Shown here: piece by piece, positions 1 to 14,874 of the stretch
Layout of the letters: each line of letters starts with the position of its first letter
Position numbering within the stretch: position 1 is the stretch's first letter
DNA from: the human T2T-CHM13v2.0 reference genome, Homo sapiens
Reading direction: 5' to 3' (one strand)
Length of the DNA: 64,000 bases
NCBI RefSeq assembly: GCF_009914755.1
Contig: NC_060938.1
Program-made: the position numbers and the translations under genes
Notes under the pieces: generated by a model
Seen by the model: the letters and a program-made list of their open reading frames with translations, nothing else
What the model was told of the DNA's origin: nothing
Database searches by the model: none

Positions 1-1169
1 AATTATTGCTATTGTTGTTCATCATTGTTGCTGTATAGATGACTATTCTATGGCTCTGATGGAACATTTATCATGACATTAAGCACAGTAGATTGACAAT
101 ATATTTTTGCACCCCCATGTTTCACTTCAAACTACAAGATCCTAGGTCACACACCCTGACACATAACAGACTGAAATACAGACATAGATGACGTCTGTTC
201 AGTCTTTGCTGTTCTCTGAACAGCGAATAAACTTTTTCTCCCCCAACTTGATATCCATACTCAGAAAAAGCTCATAACTTCCCAACTCATTAGCTGTGTA
301 GGTGTTAGAATTTCTCCATTAGTGTCAAGGAAATAAAGCCAAATTGAAAGCAATTAGCCAATTGTATTTGGGTAGTTTTTTCCTTTTGGCTCATTTTAAA
401 TACAGACAGACTAAATTACCTCTACAGCTTGTCTTTGAAGTGTTGTTGTTTTTTTTTTTCTTTTTTAAATGCACAGATTGTATTTAGGTTATAAATAGAA
501 AAATTGCATCTTTTCAATTTTTAAAAATATGCTGAATTCAATAAAATTATAATGGGTATTTATGAATCCTGGAACAGATAATAAATGCTTTTAGGACAAA
601 TTCTTTGGCTAGTATAACATATTAAAAAATAGCTTTTGGTACTAAAAACCTTAAGCCTTTTTTCAACCTTTCTACAAGTCTTCACTAAGCATTGATTCTG
701 TGACATAAGAAACTTAAGAAAACTAAAAGTCATGTATTGACAAAGTATTAAGCCATAGAAGTCAAAAATGTAGACTCAGAGACTGAAATGAAAGCCTTTG
801 ATATTTCCTTAGCAAAATTTTGTATATACACTAATGTGTAGCACTAGAAGACTATAAGTGCCAAATTATATATTCCATTTCCTTTGTTAGCTTTATCAGA
901 GATATTTAATTCAGCCCATTTTGGGGTCGCATGTGGGAATGGTTGGTTGGGCTGTGTAGCTCTCTTCCTAGGGGTAGAGTACGTATCTCTCTTCCTCACC
1001 AATAAGTATCAACTGCACAATTATTTAGCCATCATTGCCCTTTATGAGAGGGAAAACCTTTTTAAATATTTTTCTGTCACTCATGATTTGAACTGTGGTT
1101 TTAATGGATTTTTATTCAGGTTGCTGATGGGTTTTCCAGTGCTATTATGACAGAAACGAGAAGAATGCA

Positions 1170-1171
<2 letters not shown>

Positions 1172-1211
<40 letters not shown>

Positions 1212-1214
1212 TGT
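1172..1214. repeat. (TG)n microsatellite
   Basis: About 21 TG units with one TA interruption, seen directly. Confidence 0.95.
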
Positions 1215-1731
1215 CAAGAAGCAAATGACTTTTAGCTGGAAAGAAGTGGAGTCTGAGGAAGATATCTAAAGGAAGAGCACATGAATATCAGGATTTTTCT
1301 AGCAGAAAGATGGTCTCAGAGAAAGGACGCTTTATAAAAGAACCTGGCAATAGAGAAAAAAAAAATCTGCTGCAAAAACCATTGTTTTACTGATGAACAG
1401 CTTTGTGGAATAAATCTTCTAAGACATTCACTGTCAATCTCTCATTTGTCAAAACACTGTGCCAACCTCCCCCACAGCCCCCTTAAGCCTGTCTCCTAGA
1501 CAATAGGCCAATGCCATGAGAATTTGCTCTGTGACCCAGTTTCTCTGAGTGAGGCTCATCTATAGTTTATTCTTGAGAAACTAACTGTAAGATCAAAACG
1601 ACCTCTGAGCACTTAGTGGGGTAGAAGAGAGGAGATTCTGTGTCAAATCTGACTGTGTATGACCCAGCACCTACAACTGAGACGGTGGGGAATGGACACT
1701 CCTGATGCATACTTGGTCAGTTACAAATCGT

Positions 1732-2141
1732 TGTATTAGTCTGTTCTCACATTGCCATAAATAAATACCTGAGACTAATCATTTATTAGAAAAAGACGTT
1801 TAACTGGCTCACGGTTATGCAGGCTGTCCAGGAAGCATAGCAGCTTCTGCTTTTGGGGAGGCCTCAGGAAATTTGTAATCAAGGCAGATGGAAAAAGGGA
1901 AGCCAGCACTTCACATGGCTGGAGCAGCAGGAATAGAGAGAGGAAGAAGGTGCTATACACTTTTAAACAACCAGATCTTGTGAGAACTCACTATCACAAG
2001 AACAGCACTGGGAGGTTGGTGCTAAACCATTAGAAACTGCCCCCTCCCTGATCTAATCACCTTCCACCAGGCCCCACCTCCAGCATTGAGGATTAATTTC
2101 CACATGAGATTTAGGTGGGGACACAGATCCAAACCATATCA
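1732..2141 (-). mobile_element. Solo MaLR LTR, MSTA-like
   Basis: Begins tgtattagtctgttctcac and ends gatccaaaccatatca (reverse complement of MST LTR termini). Flanked by 5-bp TSD ATCGT/ATCAT, differing by one CpG-type change. Confidence 0.9.
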
Positions 2142-3689
2142 ATCATCATCATGGAAATTCATGTATTTTGTACCTCTGTTTACAAATGATGTAGCAATAG
2201 TCCATGTAAAGCACAAGAAATATGTGTTATATGAGATATCCTATAGTTTTCTTTACATGATATGAGCATCAGGTGGATGATATATTAACAAAAAAATTAA
2301 TTTTTCGGTAATTTTAAGAAACTGAAATGCTCACACTTCAGATGTGAGAGAATAATCTACATACTCAAAGTGGAGCAGATTTATGTATTTCACATGCCAG
2401 CTGATCATCTCTAGTAAAAATAGACCCCGTTGTATTAGAGACAAATACTTCAAAGAAAATCTTTTGACAATAAAGTACAACTTTCTACTTTCTGACCTAA
2501 ATCTTCACCTTTCAGTCCTGGAGAGTATTTATCGTAATCTTTTTTTCAGGGTGATGCACCGAACTACCCAGTTCTCTCCCTTAGGAGTTTTCCTCTTTTT
2601 TCAAACCTGAGAAGCAAAAGTGCCATAACAATTGTGAAACGATTCAGAAGAAGAATGTCAGCTTTTGACAAGTCAACTTTTATCTCACTTGAAGGGACAG
2701 GAGGAAATCAGCAGATGAAAGGAGAATTGATGATTGATGAGGCCTTTGGCACAAAAAGTCATATCTAGGTATGCTGCCCTTTATGGGTCACCCACTTTCT
2801 CTCTACTCCACCCATTACTCCAACTCAATGCTCATAAAACACCCCTCTGATAATTAGTCTTGTATAGCCTGTTAATTCGCAAATGATTGTAACTATAGCT
2901 CTCTCTTTTTTTCTCTCTCTTGTACATTGGCTCTCTTGGGCTGGCTGTGTGGTACTGAAAGTCTTCAGGGTAGTGATAAGTAACTGGAAAATTCATTTAT
3001 AAAGAAAAATTAATTCCTTCCCCCATTCATTGGACTGCAGTTTGACTGAATTGAACTAATCAATGATTGGTTTTAATAGAATGTAGGGAACAATCTTACC
3101 TTAATAGTTTTTCTTTAAATTTTAAAACTTCTTTTCTTTTTTACCAAGAGTCCCCAATTTTAATGCTTTAGTTAACAATGGTTTATGTAACCCATTTGCA
3201 AAAGTCATGTTAAATGTTAAATGTAAATATTGCTAAAAATTATCCTCGAGCTGGTTCAAGATAGCAGACTGAGCACAGAGTTTTACTGCCTCTTATTCCC
3301 AAACTCCCTTTGGGACTGTAGAAAGTTATAAAAGAAATAAGAACTACAGAAAAATAAGAAATCAGTAGACCAGAATATTTGACAAAATCTGGAAAATTCC
3401 AAGCAGGTGGGCTGATATTAATAGAGAAATTTAGAAACCAAAACACCGGCAGTAAGTACAATATTTACCTAGGGAGCCCTCAAGGCACTCAAATCTGAGC
3501 TAATTGCACAAAGGACAGACTTGGGACACAGGACAATTATGAGTGTAATTAATTAAAGAACTCTATCAGGAATAAGTGGGACAGTTAAAATTTCACCCTT
3601 CAATTACCCTCTCTCCTATCTTCTATTATGTAAAATGGCAGTATTGTAGTCCCAAAATAAAAATATATTAACTCTTCTTTATAGAAAGG

Positions 3690-4291
3690 AGATGGATCCA
3701 TAAAGATAGACTCAACATATTTCCGATGAAGTACATTATTCAGAGTATGATCTCTAACCACAAAGGGATTAAGCTAGCATTTATTTATTTATTTATTTTT
3801 AAACGATAACCTCCAAATCCCAAACTCCATAGAAATTAGGATACCTCTAATTATTCCAGGGTCAAAGAAGAACTCAAAATGCAAATTGAAAATGTTTAAA
3901 ATGAAAGATAATGAAGCTATAAAACATTTTAAAGTGTGGAATACAGGTAAAGCAAATTTTTGAAAGAAATTTTTAGGCTTAATCATATATATTAGAAAAA
4001 CTATCAAGGCTAAAAATCAGTGGTTGAAATATTCATTCCAAAATTCTGGAAGAAGTAAGTCAGATGAAACCAAAGAATGTACAAGACAAGTACCAAAAAG
4101 AAAAAAAAAATCAATGCAATTTAAGATAACTATGCTATATATAAAAACAAAGCTAAAAGTTTAATCATTGAACATACCAATGAAATAAATAAATCAGTAG
4201 GAAGAATAATCAAGAAAATAATAAAATCATGAATTAGAAATACTAGACATGAAAAAGGGTAATGAATAATTATAATGTCAAATGATGAAAG

Positions 4292-4327
<36 letters not shown>

Positions 4328-6790
4328 CATGACCAACTTCATAATAGCAAATTTTATAATTTGGATGAAATAGAAAACTTTACCGAATCATACAAGACTG
4401 AGAGAAATTCAATAGAAAATTTGATTACTTCAGTATTTGTTTAAAAATTGAATGCCTAATTTGAAATCTTCCACAATAAAACCTCAGGACAAGATGGCAT
4501 TTCCAAAGAACAACACGAATCTTACCTAAACTTACACAGGAATAGAAAAAAGGGAGTAATTTCTGGCTCTTTTTTATAAGGCTAACATAATTTTTATTCT
4601 AAATATTGACATGTTCTTTTCAAGGAAAAAAGGATATATTATTGACAGATATTTCATAAGATCTAAAATGTTGAAATGTAGCTATCTGTTAAAAATATAA
4701 ATAATAATATTATTTATCACATTAGCATTATTATTATCAATAAAATTTACCACATTAACAGAAAAATGAAACATAAATTGATCATTTTAAGAAATATGCA
4801 AAAGGCAAAATCATTTGACAGTATCTAACACATATTCATGGTTTTTTTGAAAGCATTAGAAAATTAGGAATATAGATTTTTATCCATCTGAAAAAGAATA
4901 GCTCCAAAAACTTGCAGCATATATTATGCACAAAGGTGAAATATTGACACCTTTCCCTAGAAATTGGAAAAAATAAATGAGTGTCCATTATCGGCACTTC
5001 TAGTCCACATTTTTGTAAACCAAGAAAAAGGAAGAAACAAACATTTTAGAAGAAAAATCATAGCTGCCAATATTTATAGATTATATTATTATGCAGATTG
5101 ATAAAGGAGTCTGTAAACTATTAAAAAATAATATGTTTAGCAAATTTGTTGGATACAAATAGGCATTTTAAAAATCAAATATAGCTCTATATACTAACAT
5201 TAAATACTTAGGTAATAAATTAATGAGTAACCATAAAAAACATTTAATATCTAGTAATAAATTTAACACTAGTTTTGAAAGAACCCCACCTCACCACCAC
5301 ACACATATATAAAAATCTATTGTTTAGAGAAATTAAAGAATCTCAGTAAATAGAGGGATGTGCAGTTTTCATGGATTCAAGCCTCAATATTGTAAGAATG
5401 TTAATTATCTCTAAAGTAAACCTCAATTAAATAAATTCTCAATAAAGAATTCCATCAGGGTATTTTACAGAAATTGACAAGCTTAATTTTAATTTTTAAG
5501 AAATGCAATTAACCAAAAATAGCCAGGTCAATCTTAAAGAAGAATGAAGTTGAAAGACCTATACTAACAGATCTGAAAAACTCTTATAAAACTATGCTTA
5601 TTAAAACAGTGTGTTATTGGCAACAAATGGATAAACTGACTTTTAAAAGCAACTGGAGAGTACCAAACAAATTCAATCACATTTCCTGAACACATCAAAG
5701 TCTACATTAGTACAATGTTGTACCGAATTATTATAAATTGTACAATATATGTTGCTGTGTCAATTGGATAGTCATTTGAATAAAAATGATTCTGAACATT
5801 TATTTCAACCATAGCAAAACCGGTTTCAAATTAATTGTTGGTCTAAACATGAAAGATAATATAATAAAACTTTTAGAGGAAAATGTAGAAAACATCTTTC
5901 TGACCTTGGAATAGGCAAGACATTTCTTGACCAGAAACAGAAAATGATAATCATAAATGGTAAAATTGATAAATCGGATTATACTAAAATTAAGAACTAT
6001 TTTTCATCAAAAGATACTATTGAAAGTAAAAATCAAGGCTCAGAGAGGAGATATTTGTAATATATATAGCTAATATTGAACTCAAATGCAAAAATATATC
6101 TATCTATCTTAAAAGAAGCCTTCCATATCAGAAAAAAAAGACTGACAACCCAATAGGAAAACAACAACAACAACAACAACAAATGAGCTCAAAACTTCAC
6201 ACAGGATAGCCAAATGGCAAATCAACATATAAAAGGTGTTCAACTTCATTAGCTGTCAGAGAAATGTGATTCCATATTCAACCATCAGATATCTACAATG
6301 TGAAAGACAATAAAATACCCAATGTTGGCAAGAATATGAAGCAAATTGCAGCTCTCATAATTGTTAGGGAGAGTAAAATCACTTTGGAAAGCTATTTAGT
6401 AGTATCTGCTGAAACGGAATAATTTCATACTCTATGATCTCGCAATTCCAGTTCTTAGTGTATACTGAGAAATGTTACATATGTTCATGAAAAAGAAAAA
6501 ACTAGAATGTTCATAACAAAACTATTGTTAATAGTCCCGAGCTGGAGTCTATTCACATGCCTGCTGAGAGAAGACTAGATACTTTAAAACACAACAGAAT
6601 ACTATTCAGTAATGAGATTGAAAGATTGAGAATGACCTAGAATGATAGTAAGGATATCCACAATACGGATAAATCTTACAAAGCTAACATAGAACAAAAA
6701 AAGTGAGACACAAAAGAAGACATACTACAAGCTAAATAAAATAAGGTTTTATTTAGGATGTCAGGATAGTCAATACCCTTCATGGGAACA
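3690..6790 (+). mobile_element. Old mammalian LINE-1 (L1M; L1MC/MD/ME-like), decayed ORF2 plus 3' end
   Basis: A-rich, with decayed ORF2 motifs in order: agtatgatctctaaccacaaagggattaagctag (SDH..IKLE-like), gggtcaaagaagaactc (WVKEE-like), aaaacagtgtgttattgg (KTVWYW-like), then an L1M-type 3' end. A possible 5' remnant lies at about 3250-3690. Confidence 0.85.
4294..4326. repeat. (AT)n microsatellite
   Basis: About 16 perfect AT units. Confidence 0.95.
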
Positions 6791-6989
6791 GGAAGCCTGT
6801 AACGTTGATAAGTGTTTATTAGAATTTTTCTTTACGTCTATAGGTGACACAGAAGGCTAAAGAGGTATACAGAAGGAGAAATGTTTCTCCCCCAGGAGGG
6901 TTAATTCTCTGGTAAAGTCTTCTCCACAGTGGGGCAGACTCAGCAACAAACCATTAACACAAATTAGCCAGGAAATGCAAGACTATGTG

Positions 6990-7330
6990 GCTAAGGATTT
7001 ATTCTGGTTATGCCCTTATGATAAATGTGGCTATAAAAATCTGTACTTTCTGATCTGGTTGTTTCTTTAGGACAGACAGTGTCTGAATATATCCTTACTA
7101 TAAATTGCTAGGATGAAAGTTTCTGGGTTAAATTGTATAATATTTAACACTCTTAGTGACTATTGTTTTAAAGACTGAGACCAAGGCATACAGTACTCTC
7201 TCTCTCCATCACCTCCTGATCCGGCCAACTTTCCCATTAAGGAGGGGAACTTGTGTAATTCACCACCCAAGCACCTTTTCATAGCTACTTCTCTTTAATA
7301 CCCATCTTTGCCTCCTGTCTAAACTGCTAA
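6990..7330 (-). mobile_element. L1M fragment, very decayed
   Basis: gctaggatgaaagtttctgggttaaattgtata resembles the antisense L1ME ORF2 3' region. Confidence 0.4.
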
Positions 7331-8875
7331 ATTTGCTTTTTGTTTACTACTGGGCTCTTGTAATTCCATCTTTAACCAACTTAGACACATTTTTTGTAAT
7401 GCAGCTTTCAATAAATGACATTACTTTTTAGAAATCTAGATAAATACTCACTGTAGTCCAGTGTCTGTAACTTTCACATGTGTTTTAAACTAAACTTCTT
7501 TATTAAGATTGTCCAATGAGTTATTTCCCCTTAAAATGAAAATAAAAATCACATCCAACTGATTCTACCTTTCCCAACTGACATGAAATGAAGCATACAA
7601 ATAAAAGACTAAAAGAGAGTCAGGTCCACGTCTTAGTTCTGCTAAAACTCTTCCAGAAAGCCAGCAGCATCCCTGTTCACGGGTCTCTGATGCATGACTT
7701 TACTTATCATCAATTAGCCAGCTCTTGTTTGTTCCTGTATTTACCAAGAAAAGAGTTCTGACAGATATTAAGAGCTGATTAAGAAAGTGAAGTGAGTGAG
7801 GGAGCAGAAGGTTGGAAGCTTGAAATAGTGAACAAGACAAGGATGAGGACAGCAGGAAGGACTGGGAAAAGAGGGCCGGGTGGTGAAGATACGGTGGAAG
7901 ATGGATCCAGGTGAATCATAGGAAGAGATACAGAAGCTCCTGGCTTTTTCCCAAGTGTGTGCAAATCCAAGGGAGTTTAAACATCTGAGATTCTTCAATT
8001 ACAAAAGTCTGACTGAGCATCTGAACCTCTCTATTGATCCAGACCCTACTCAAGGAGAGCACAAAACTTCATTTTGTCATTTGGGATTTTAAGTTTTCAA
8101 TCTCTAAAAATGGCTGGTCCAGAGTATAGCTAATGTCTATGTATGGTCTTCATATTCGTAGATAATTTGTTTTAAAACTCCAGTGAGCACATGGGCTACT
8201 TTTTATGCTTTTCTGGGGGTCTTTATCTTGGTACTTATACAGTGTCTGGCATTCTTTAGGTAATTGTGGCTGATATGCTTTAATTCTTTTCCACATGCAA
8301 GTGGAAAGAAAAAACAATTGGAGGAAAGACCTTAGACAAACATTTGGTTTTTGTTTCCTCTATTTTGTGAAGTCTTCCACATTCTGCATGGAACATGACA
8401 GCAGTCCATGCAGGGACAATATGCCTTTCACACAGACAGGACTGAAAGAATTCCCAGCAGAAGTTCAGAACTCAACTCCAAGCTGTTGTTAAGCACTAAA
8501 CCAATGGAGGCCCTTACTCTTGGCAACAATTTGGCCTTTTTCCCAAGATACTGCCCCCATTTTTCTTTTCAACCACAAACTAGGACTGTGGTTCAAAATA
8601 GAAAAGCACACTTAAAAAATAAACTGAAGCCATTGAGTGGGTTTCATTATATTGTAGAATCTTGAGACCCTTTGATACAAAGACAGGTTTCAATACAGCA
8701 TAATTGGAAACATTTTCTAGGGGTAGAAACCAGACCAATTCTTATATTCTTTTACTCAAGGGGTCTCTGAACATTTTTGATGGCAATATTTATTCTATTC
8801 TATTTTGTAACTCTTTCATTTGCTGATATTACAGAGAAACTAATCAGAAATAGGGAAACATATTTAATTGCTCAT

Positions 8876-9257
8876 TTTATTAGTTTCCTTGGGCTGTCAT
8901 AACAAAATGCCACAGACTGGGTGGCTTAGACCACAGAAATTTGTTTTCTCACAGTTCTAGAGGTTAGAAATACATGATCAATATGCCGCCAGAGTTGGTT
9001 TCTGATGAGGCCCCTTTCTGTGGCTTGCAAAAGCCTGCCTTTTCATGCGGCTGTCCCCCTGTGCTGCACACTAGGAAAAAGCTGTGGGCTCTCTTCCCCT
9101 TCTTATAAGGATATTAGTCCTATAGGATTAAGGCCCCATCCTTATGACTTCAGGTAACCTTAATTGCCTCCTTAAAAGCCCTGTCACCAAAGCCAGTAAC
9201 ACTGGGGGTGAGAACTTCAAATATGAATTTGAGAAGGATATAATTAAATCTATAACA
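8876..9257 (-). mobile_element. Solo MaLR LTR, MLT1A-like
   Basis: Internal gggctgtcataacaaaatgccacagactgggtggctta and cttataagga; ends tataaca. TSD CTCAT/CTGAT (4/5). Confidence 0.88.
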
Positions 9258-9534
9258 CTGATATTTAATTAAATCTTTTTAAAAGCAGCAATAGAGTAAA
9301 AAGTGGATTATTTACCTATAGTTTTTTTTTTTTACATGTTTGGCTTTAACATAGAAAATTTTAGATTCAAATTTACTATCTTTCGATAAATTTCGAACTT
9401 TGTAAATCTATGTTCAATAAAGTATACTGCCTTTAACATTAACTAAGCAACATATAATTATTAAACTTGTCTCCAACAGTTCTAAGATCGAAGTTGAATA
9501 GAAGTAATTCTTATGTTATCCTGAGTTGACAAGT

Positions 9535-9894
9535 TGTATTAATCTGTTCTCACACTGCTGTAAAGATACGACCAGAGACTAGGCAATTTACAAAGACAAG
9601 AGGTTTAATCGACTCACAGTTCTGCATGGCTGGGGAGGCCTCAGGAAACTTACAATCATGGTGGAAGGTGAAGGAGAAGCAAATACCTTCTTCACAAGGT
9701 GGCAGGAAAGAGAAAGAGCAGGGGAAACTGCCACTTATAAAACCATCAGATCTCATGAGAACTCACTATCAGGAGAACAACGTGGTGGTCACTGCCCCCG
9801 TGATCCAATCACCTCCTACCAGGTCCCTTCTGTGACGCATGAGGATTACAATTCGAGGTGAGATTTGGGAGGGACACAGAGCCAAACCATATCA
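9535..9894 (-). mobile_element. Solo MaLR LTR, THE1D-like
   Basis: Runs tgtattaatctgttctcac...gccaaaccatatca and contains ccttcttcacaaggtggcagg. Perfect 5-bp TSD CAAGT (9530-9534, 9895-9899). Confidence 0.92.
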
Positions 9895-10001
9895 CAAGTA
9901 TTAAACAGTAAGAAAATATTTTGGTGTTCATTTCCTTGAGACTAGTGAGAGGTGAAGATGGACAACTTGACACTGAGAAATAAAATTTAAAAATTAAACC
10001 T

Positions 10002-10020
10002 TGTGTGTACATGTACACAC

Positions 10021-10057
<37 letters not shown>
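10002..10057. repeat. Alternating purine-pyrimidine (TG)/(CA)/(CG) tract
   Basis: 56 bp of uninterrupted Y-R alternation, including a CGCGCG core. Confidence 0.9.
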
Positions 10058-10164
10058 GCCATTTAGTGTAGGGGCCAAAAGTCCCTATAAAATCCTAAAA
10101 AAAATTATTTAATATTAATTATCCTTTTGGGAAAATCAAGTCAAAATTAAATTATGATTTAGAA

Positions 10165-10684
10165 CAGGGGTCTCCAACCCCTGGGCCAGAGACCAGTACC
10201 AGTCTGCAGCCTGTTAGGAACCAGGCTGCACAGCAGGTGGTGTGTGGTGGGCAAGCCAGCAAAGCTTCCTCTGTATTTACGGCCACTCCACATCACTTGC
10301 ATTAGTGCCTGAGCTCTTCCTCCTGTCAGATCAGTGGCACCATTAGATTTTCATAGGAGTGCAAACCCTATTGTGAACTGCACATGCAAGGGAAATAGGT
10401 TGCACACTCCTTATAAGAAGCTGATTCCTGATCCTGTGTCCCTGTCTTTCATCACCTCCAGATAAGACTGTCTAGTTTTAGGAAAACAAACTCAGGGCTC
10501 CCACTGATTCTATATTATGGTGAGTTGTGTAATTATGTCATTATATATCACAACGTAATAATAATATAAATAAAGTGCACAATAAATGTAATGCACTTGA
10601 ATCATCCCCCACCCCCAACTGGTCCCTGGAAAAATTGCACTCCACAAAACGAGTCCCTGGTGCCAAAAAGGTTGGAGACCACTG
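10165..10684 (+). mobile_element. MER1A (hAT-Charlie non-autonomous DNA transposon), full length
   Basis: TIRs CAGGGGTCTCCAACC / GGTTGGAGACCACTG, 520 bp long, with 8-bp TSD ATTTAGAA/ATTTAGAG typical of hAT-Charlie. Confidence 0.92.
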
Positions 10685-12127
10685 ATTTAGAGCCTTCAGT
10701 TCAGGCAGCTGGAAATATGTGAAATACATTTAAAGAAAAAAAAATCCCAACAGACTTTGAAATAAGTAAAGATATCATTCAACTCTCTGAAAAGCATGAA
10801 TTACAAAAAAATTCATTCTCCAATAATGCTAGAGAAACAAGTATTTTATATCAAAATAAATTGATGAAACCACTACTGCTTTCAAAGTAGTGTTTCTTTC
10901 AAACTATGGATTGATACTGTTGACTACTAAAAACATTCCCTATGTCTTAATTTTGTTATTATCATAAACAGAAAACCACATAGCCAATGTTTCAATATTT
11001 GATGTTTTTATATTTTTCATGGAGATATTGTAGCATCTGTTGGATATTTCTTGAGTAACTTCAATTTATATCTGGTGTAATTTCCTCTAGATAAATTAAC
11101 TATGTAATTTATAGTACTTTAGAGTTGATCTAAATTAAAATCATCTTATTTCTCTCTATCAATGCTCAGTGGAAGCTGCACTTAATGGTTCAAACTTCAT
11201 TTCTGTCTTCTAACCAAAATGTGCTTGTCTTTTTGCTCTGAAAACCTCAAGATGATTTAAATTCCTGAATAACAGGTAGGAAATGTTTTAGGTGGTAACA
11301 CTGATTATATGCTTAGGAAGTATGAGTTGGAAGTACTAGTAAATGGGGAAAATGGTTTCATAGCTGCAATATTTGTATACTTTGTTGCTGTACTTTCTCC
11401 AGTGAAATGACTTCTGTTGTGCTTAACTATTGGATTATTTTGAGTGATTTGCAATATTCAAGATAAAATGAAGTTGTTACCACCATGAAATTCTAGCCTG
11501 GAAATTGAAAGAAAAATCTCTTGAATTCATAGAACTGGAATGCGGGTGGCATTTAAGGCCCTTCAGTTGAGAAAATTGTTTTGGTCAGCAAAGCTGGGCT
11601 CAGTTTAGAGTAAATATAATTTGGAATAAATAAATCTCTTTCATAAGCAGGCTCAGAAGGTTGGTTCTAGCACCAAAGTCACTATGGAGATTTTCAGGCC
11701 TGCAAAAATAATGCTCTGTTAAATTTATATCTCGTTTACATTTTGTAAGCCATTAACTTGGCTCTAGGAGGCACTGTTGCAGATAGATGCCAATTTAATG
11801 AGGCAATTAACTCAGAACCTTGTTCCTGCCATGCTTTTGGCACAGATGCCTACACAACTGCAGGAAAACTTACAATTTTGGTTGTTCCACAAAAACATTA
11901 TGTAGAATAAAAGAATGTTGCTACTGGTGTCTTTTTATTATTTGGACAAGTTTTTTTCATGTATACTTTTATCTTTTCTCTCCCCCATCATTCTAATATA
12001 GAGTTTAATTGTATCACATTAACTTTCAAATAGCTTATAATTTTACAGGTTGAGAAGGTAACATATGATGCCACAGTTCTCATGGTTTTGTCCACATTCA
12101 ATTCACCATCTAGAATCATAGATCTTT

Positions 12128-12425
<298 letters not shown>

Positions 12426-12679
12426 TAGAATCACAGATCTTTAGAGAAATGTATGACCAAGGATCCTCTGCCCCCCGATATTTCATTTCCAAATGGGGAA
12501 GGGCTCAGGTGGAAGAATGGTGTGCAGCACTACTTTTTCAAACACAACCCCACGGGCATTGTCTGAATTCCATACTTTTCCTGCCCTGTACACAGTGTCT
12601 CTAATAGCTTTCCTGTCTTTTTTTTTTTTCTCCCTATCACATCAGCTTGGCTATAAATACTAGTTCCCTAAATTCGATC

Positions 12680-12827
12680 TTTATTTACTTGCTAACTGTC
12701 CACTTCAGTAGGATCTCATCTGCATCAGGCCAGGGATTTTTGTCTATTTTGCTTATTGCTATAGTCATCAAATATAGAATAGCGCCTGGCAAATAGTAAG
12801 CATTCAGTAAATATTATGTGAATTGAA
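12680..12827 (+). mobile_element. L2 3' end fragment
   Basis: tagaatagcgcctggcaaatagtaagcattcagtaaatattatgtgaattgaa matches the L2 terminus. Confidence 0.75.
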
Positions 12828-12984
12828 AAGAGACGGAAAAACCTCTAAGAAGACTGCCTTTCACCAAGAGATCATTTTCATCAAAAATCATCCCACAGTT
12901 CCTTACAGATTCCTCTCTTTTCTGTTCTAAAGTAAGCCCCTCTTCACATATTTCATGAAAATATACACCCACCTCACCCGCTGA

Positions 12985-13210
12985 AAGTGTCTGTTGAAGT
13001 CAAACAGTCCAGAGTTTAAATCTTAACTCAGTTGTCTACTTAGCTATGTGGATCCATAAGTCACATAACATCTATGAACCTGAACCTCAGTTTTGTAATC
13101 AGTCATAAATATGATTGACTTGCAGATATGGTATAAGATTTAGAGATAGCCAAGATCGCAAAACCTAGGCATCTGTGAGAGGCTCAAAAGGGAAAGGTAG
13201 TTATTGCTAT
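12985..13210 (+). mobile_element. MIR
   Basis: Contains the MIR core tacttagctatgtg...aagtcacataacatctatgaacc...cctcagtttt. Confidence 0.65.
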
Positions 13211-14874
13211 TCCTTTTATTATTACTGGAAAGTATTTTAATGTTCTTAATAAGAACAAGATTTAACTGATTTTTATTAATTACCTACTTATTTGAAGGTG
13301 TTTTTTTTAGGCTCTGTCATAGTGATGTTTACTTTTTCCTCTTGAAAGATGCTAGGGTAGAGGCAAATCATCATAATCCAGTTTGATTTGTGGGGGCGCT
13401 GGTTTCCCTCTCTTCTTTGGATATAATACTTCAGGGTCTCCACGGAAACTGATAGTGTTTACCAGGATTCCTCCTCCATGTTGAGCCCTGATTTCCAGGT
13501 TTTGTCCCCTTGAACCCTTAACAATTTTGAGAACTGCTTTCTTTGCTTCTCAGTATTGAGACCCCACACTTGTGGGTTAGCAAATGCCCCAAAGGGAAAA
13601 GCTACACTGGTTGTTGAGCAAACACTTGAGCTTTCCTTTTCTTCAGAACTTATATCTCTTAAGTTCAGGCTGTCTTGATTTTTCTGCAATGCCTTCAGTC
13701 AAATTTTGTAAAAAATATTTTCCCTAACTCTTCTTGTTTTTCTCATTGTGAGAGTTGGTCTGTAATAGTGTATCTGCCAATACCATAAGAAAAATCTGTA
13801 ATATTAATATTTAGAAGTGATATATTATTATTCACAAGTGTTTTTCTCAAAATCATCACTATTTTGAAGCAATAATTCCATATCACCTTTAACGTTTGTA
13901 ATTTGGTAAATTTCACAAAATATGCTCTGAGACCACAGATTATGCAGCTGAATTTCTAAGTAATGTTGGTCACTCATTGTAATCAATGTGTTTGAAGCCC
14001 TTCTATTGTCTTACTATCATTGAACTTCAATTTACATCTGCATTTAAATATCCCATATTTCACCCAAGCCTATTTAAAAAATGGGGTAGTATATTACATA
14101 CAAGTGAATCAAGGACGATTTGTGATAATATTGACCAGGTTGCCTCTCTGATGCTGGCTGCATAAAAAAGAAGAACCAGCTCTCCTTTGAGATTTGGGGT
14201 GAAATGCATCTGTGTGCAGACAACTTTCAGTGCAGATTTGCCTGTACTACTTTATTTATTTAACATGGCTGGCTGACTGTGAGCCCCTCAATGTCAGGCT
14301 ACATTAGCATGTGTGTACATGTAAAATTAATCAACAGACCCAGCAACTGGCAGCATAGTCCCCCTAGAGCCTGGGGTTAAACATCTGTCTGGAGTGAGGT
14401 TTCCTGAAAAGCTTTATATAATGGCCAGAGGAACTCCGAGTAGGCACTTAGTGTGGAAGGAAGGGCAAGACAGATACTTGAGGGGAAGTGCTGGGTTTCA
14501 GTGGACTGACAGCCTCGCCATTTTACCCAAAGGTTACAACCTTAGACTCCAAAAGCTTTTAAGGCTTCTTGCTTCTGTATTGCTTGACTGCCTTTAGCAT
14601 TAAGCACTTATGACCAGGAGATTCTCAGCATATGTCTTTTTCAGCATTTCTCTAATGGAGATGAAAGTGTCTGAATCTTTAAGAAATATTTACCCCATAG
14701 ATCACAACATTAACTTTGTGATAGGGGGCTGAACTATTTGTTTGTTTTTGGTTTTTTTCATCCTTTTTTACTGTAAAATAGAACCAGTAGGGTTTAGATC
14801 TATTTTGAGGTGGCTTAAAACATCAGCAAGTTTTATTCCTAATATTTGACAAAGTTTGTGATGTGTTAGCAGAA

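Noticed and set aside
6826-6917. Possible 68-nt exon (acceptor at 6843, donor CTG|gtaaag)
   Set aside because: Weak donor, no supporting homology, and it lies between L1 relics.
13350-13790. Possible L1M/HAL1 5'-end relic on the - strand
   Set aside because: Similarity is too weak to call without a profile search.
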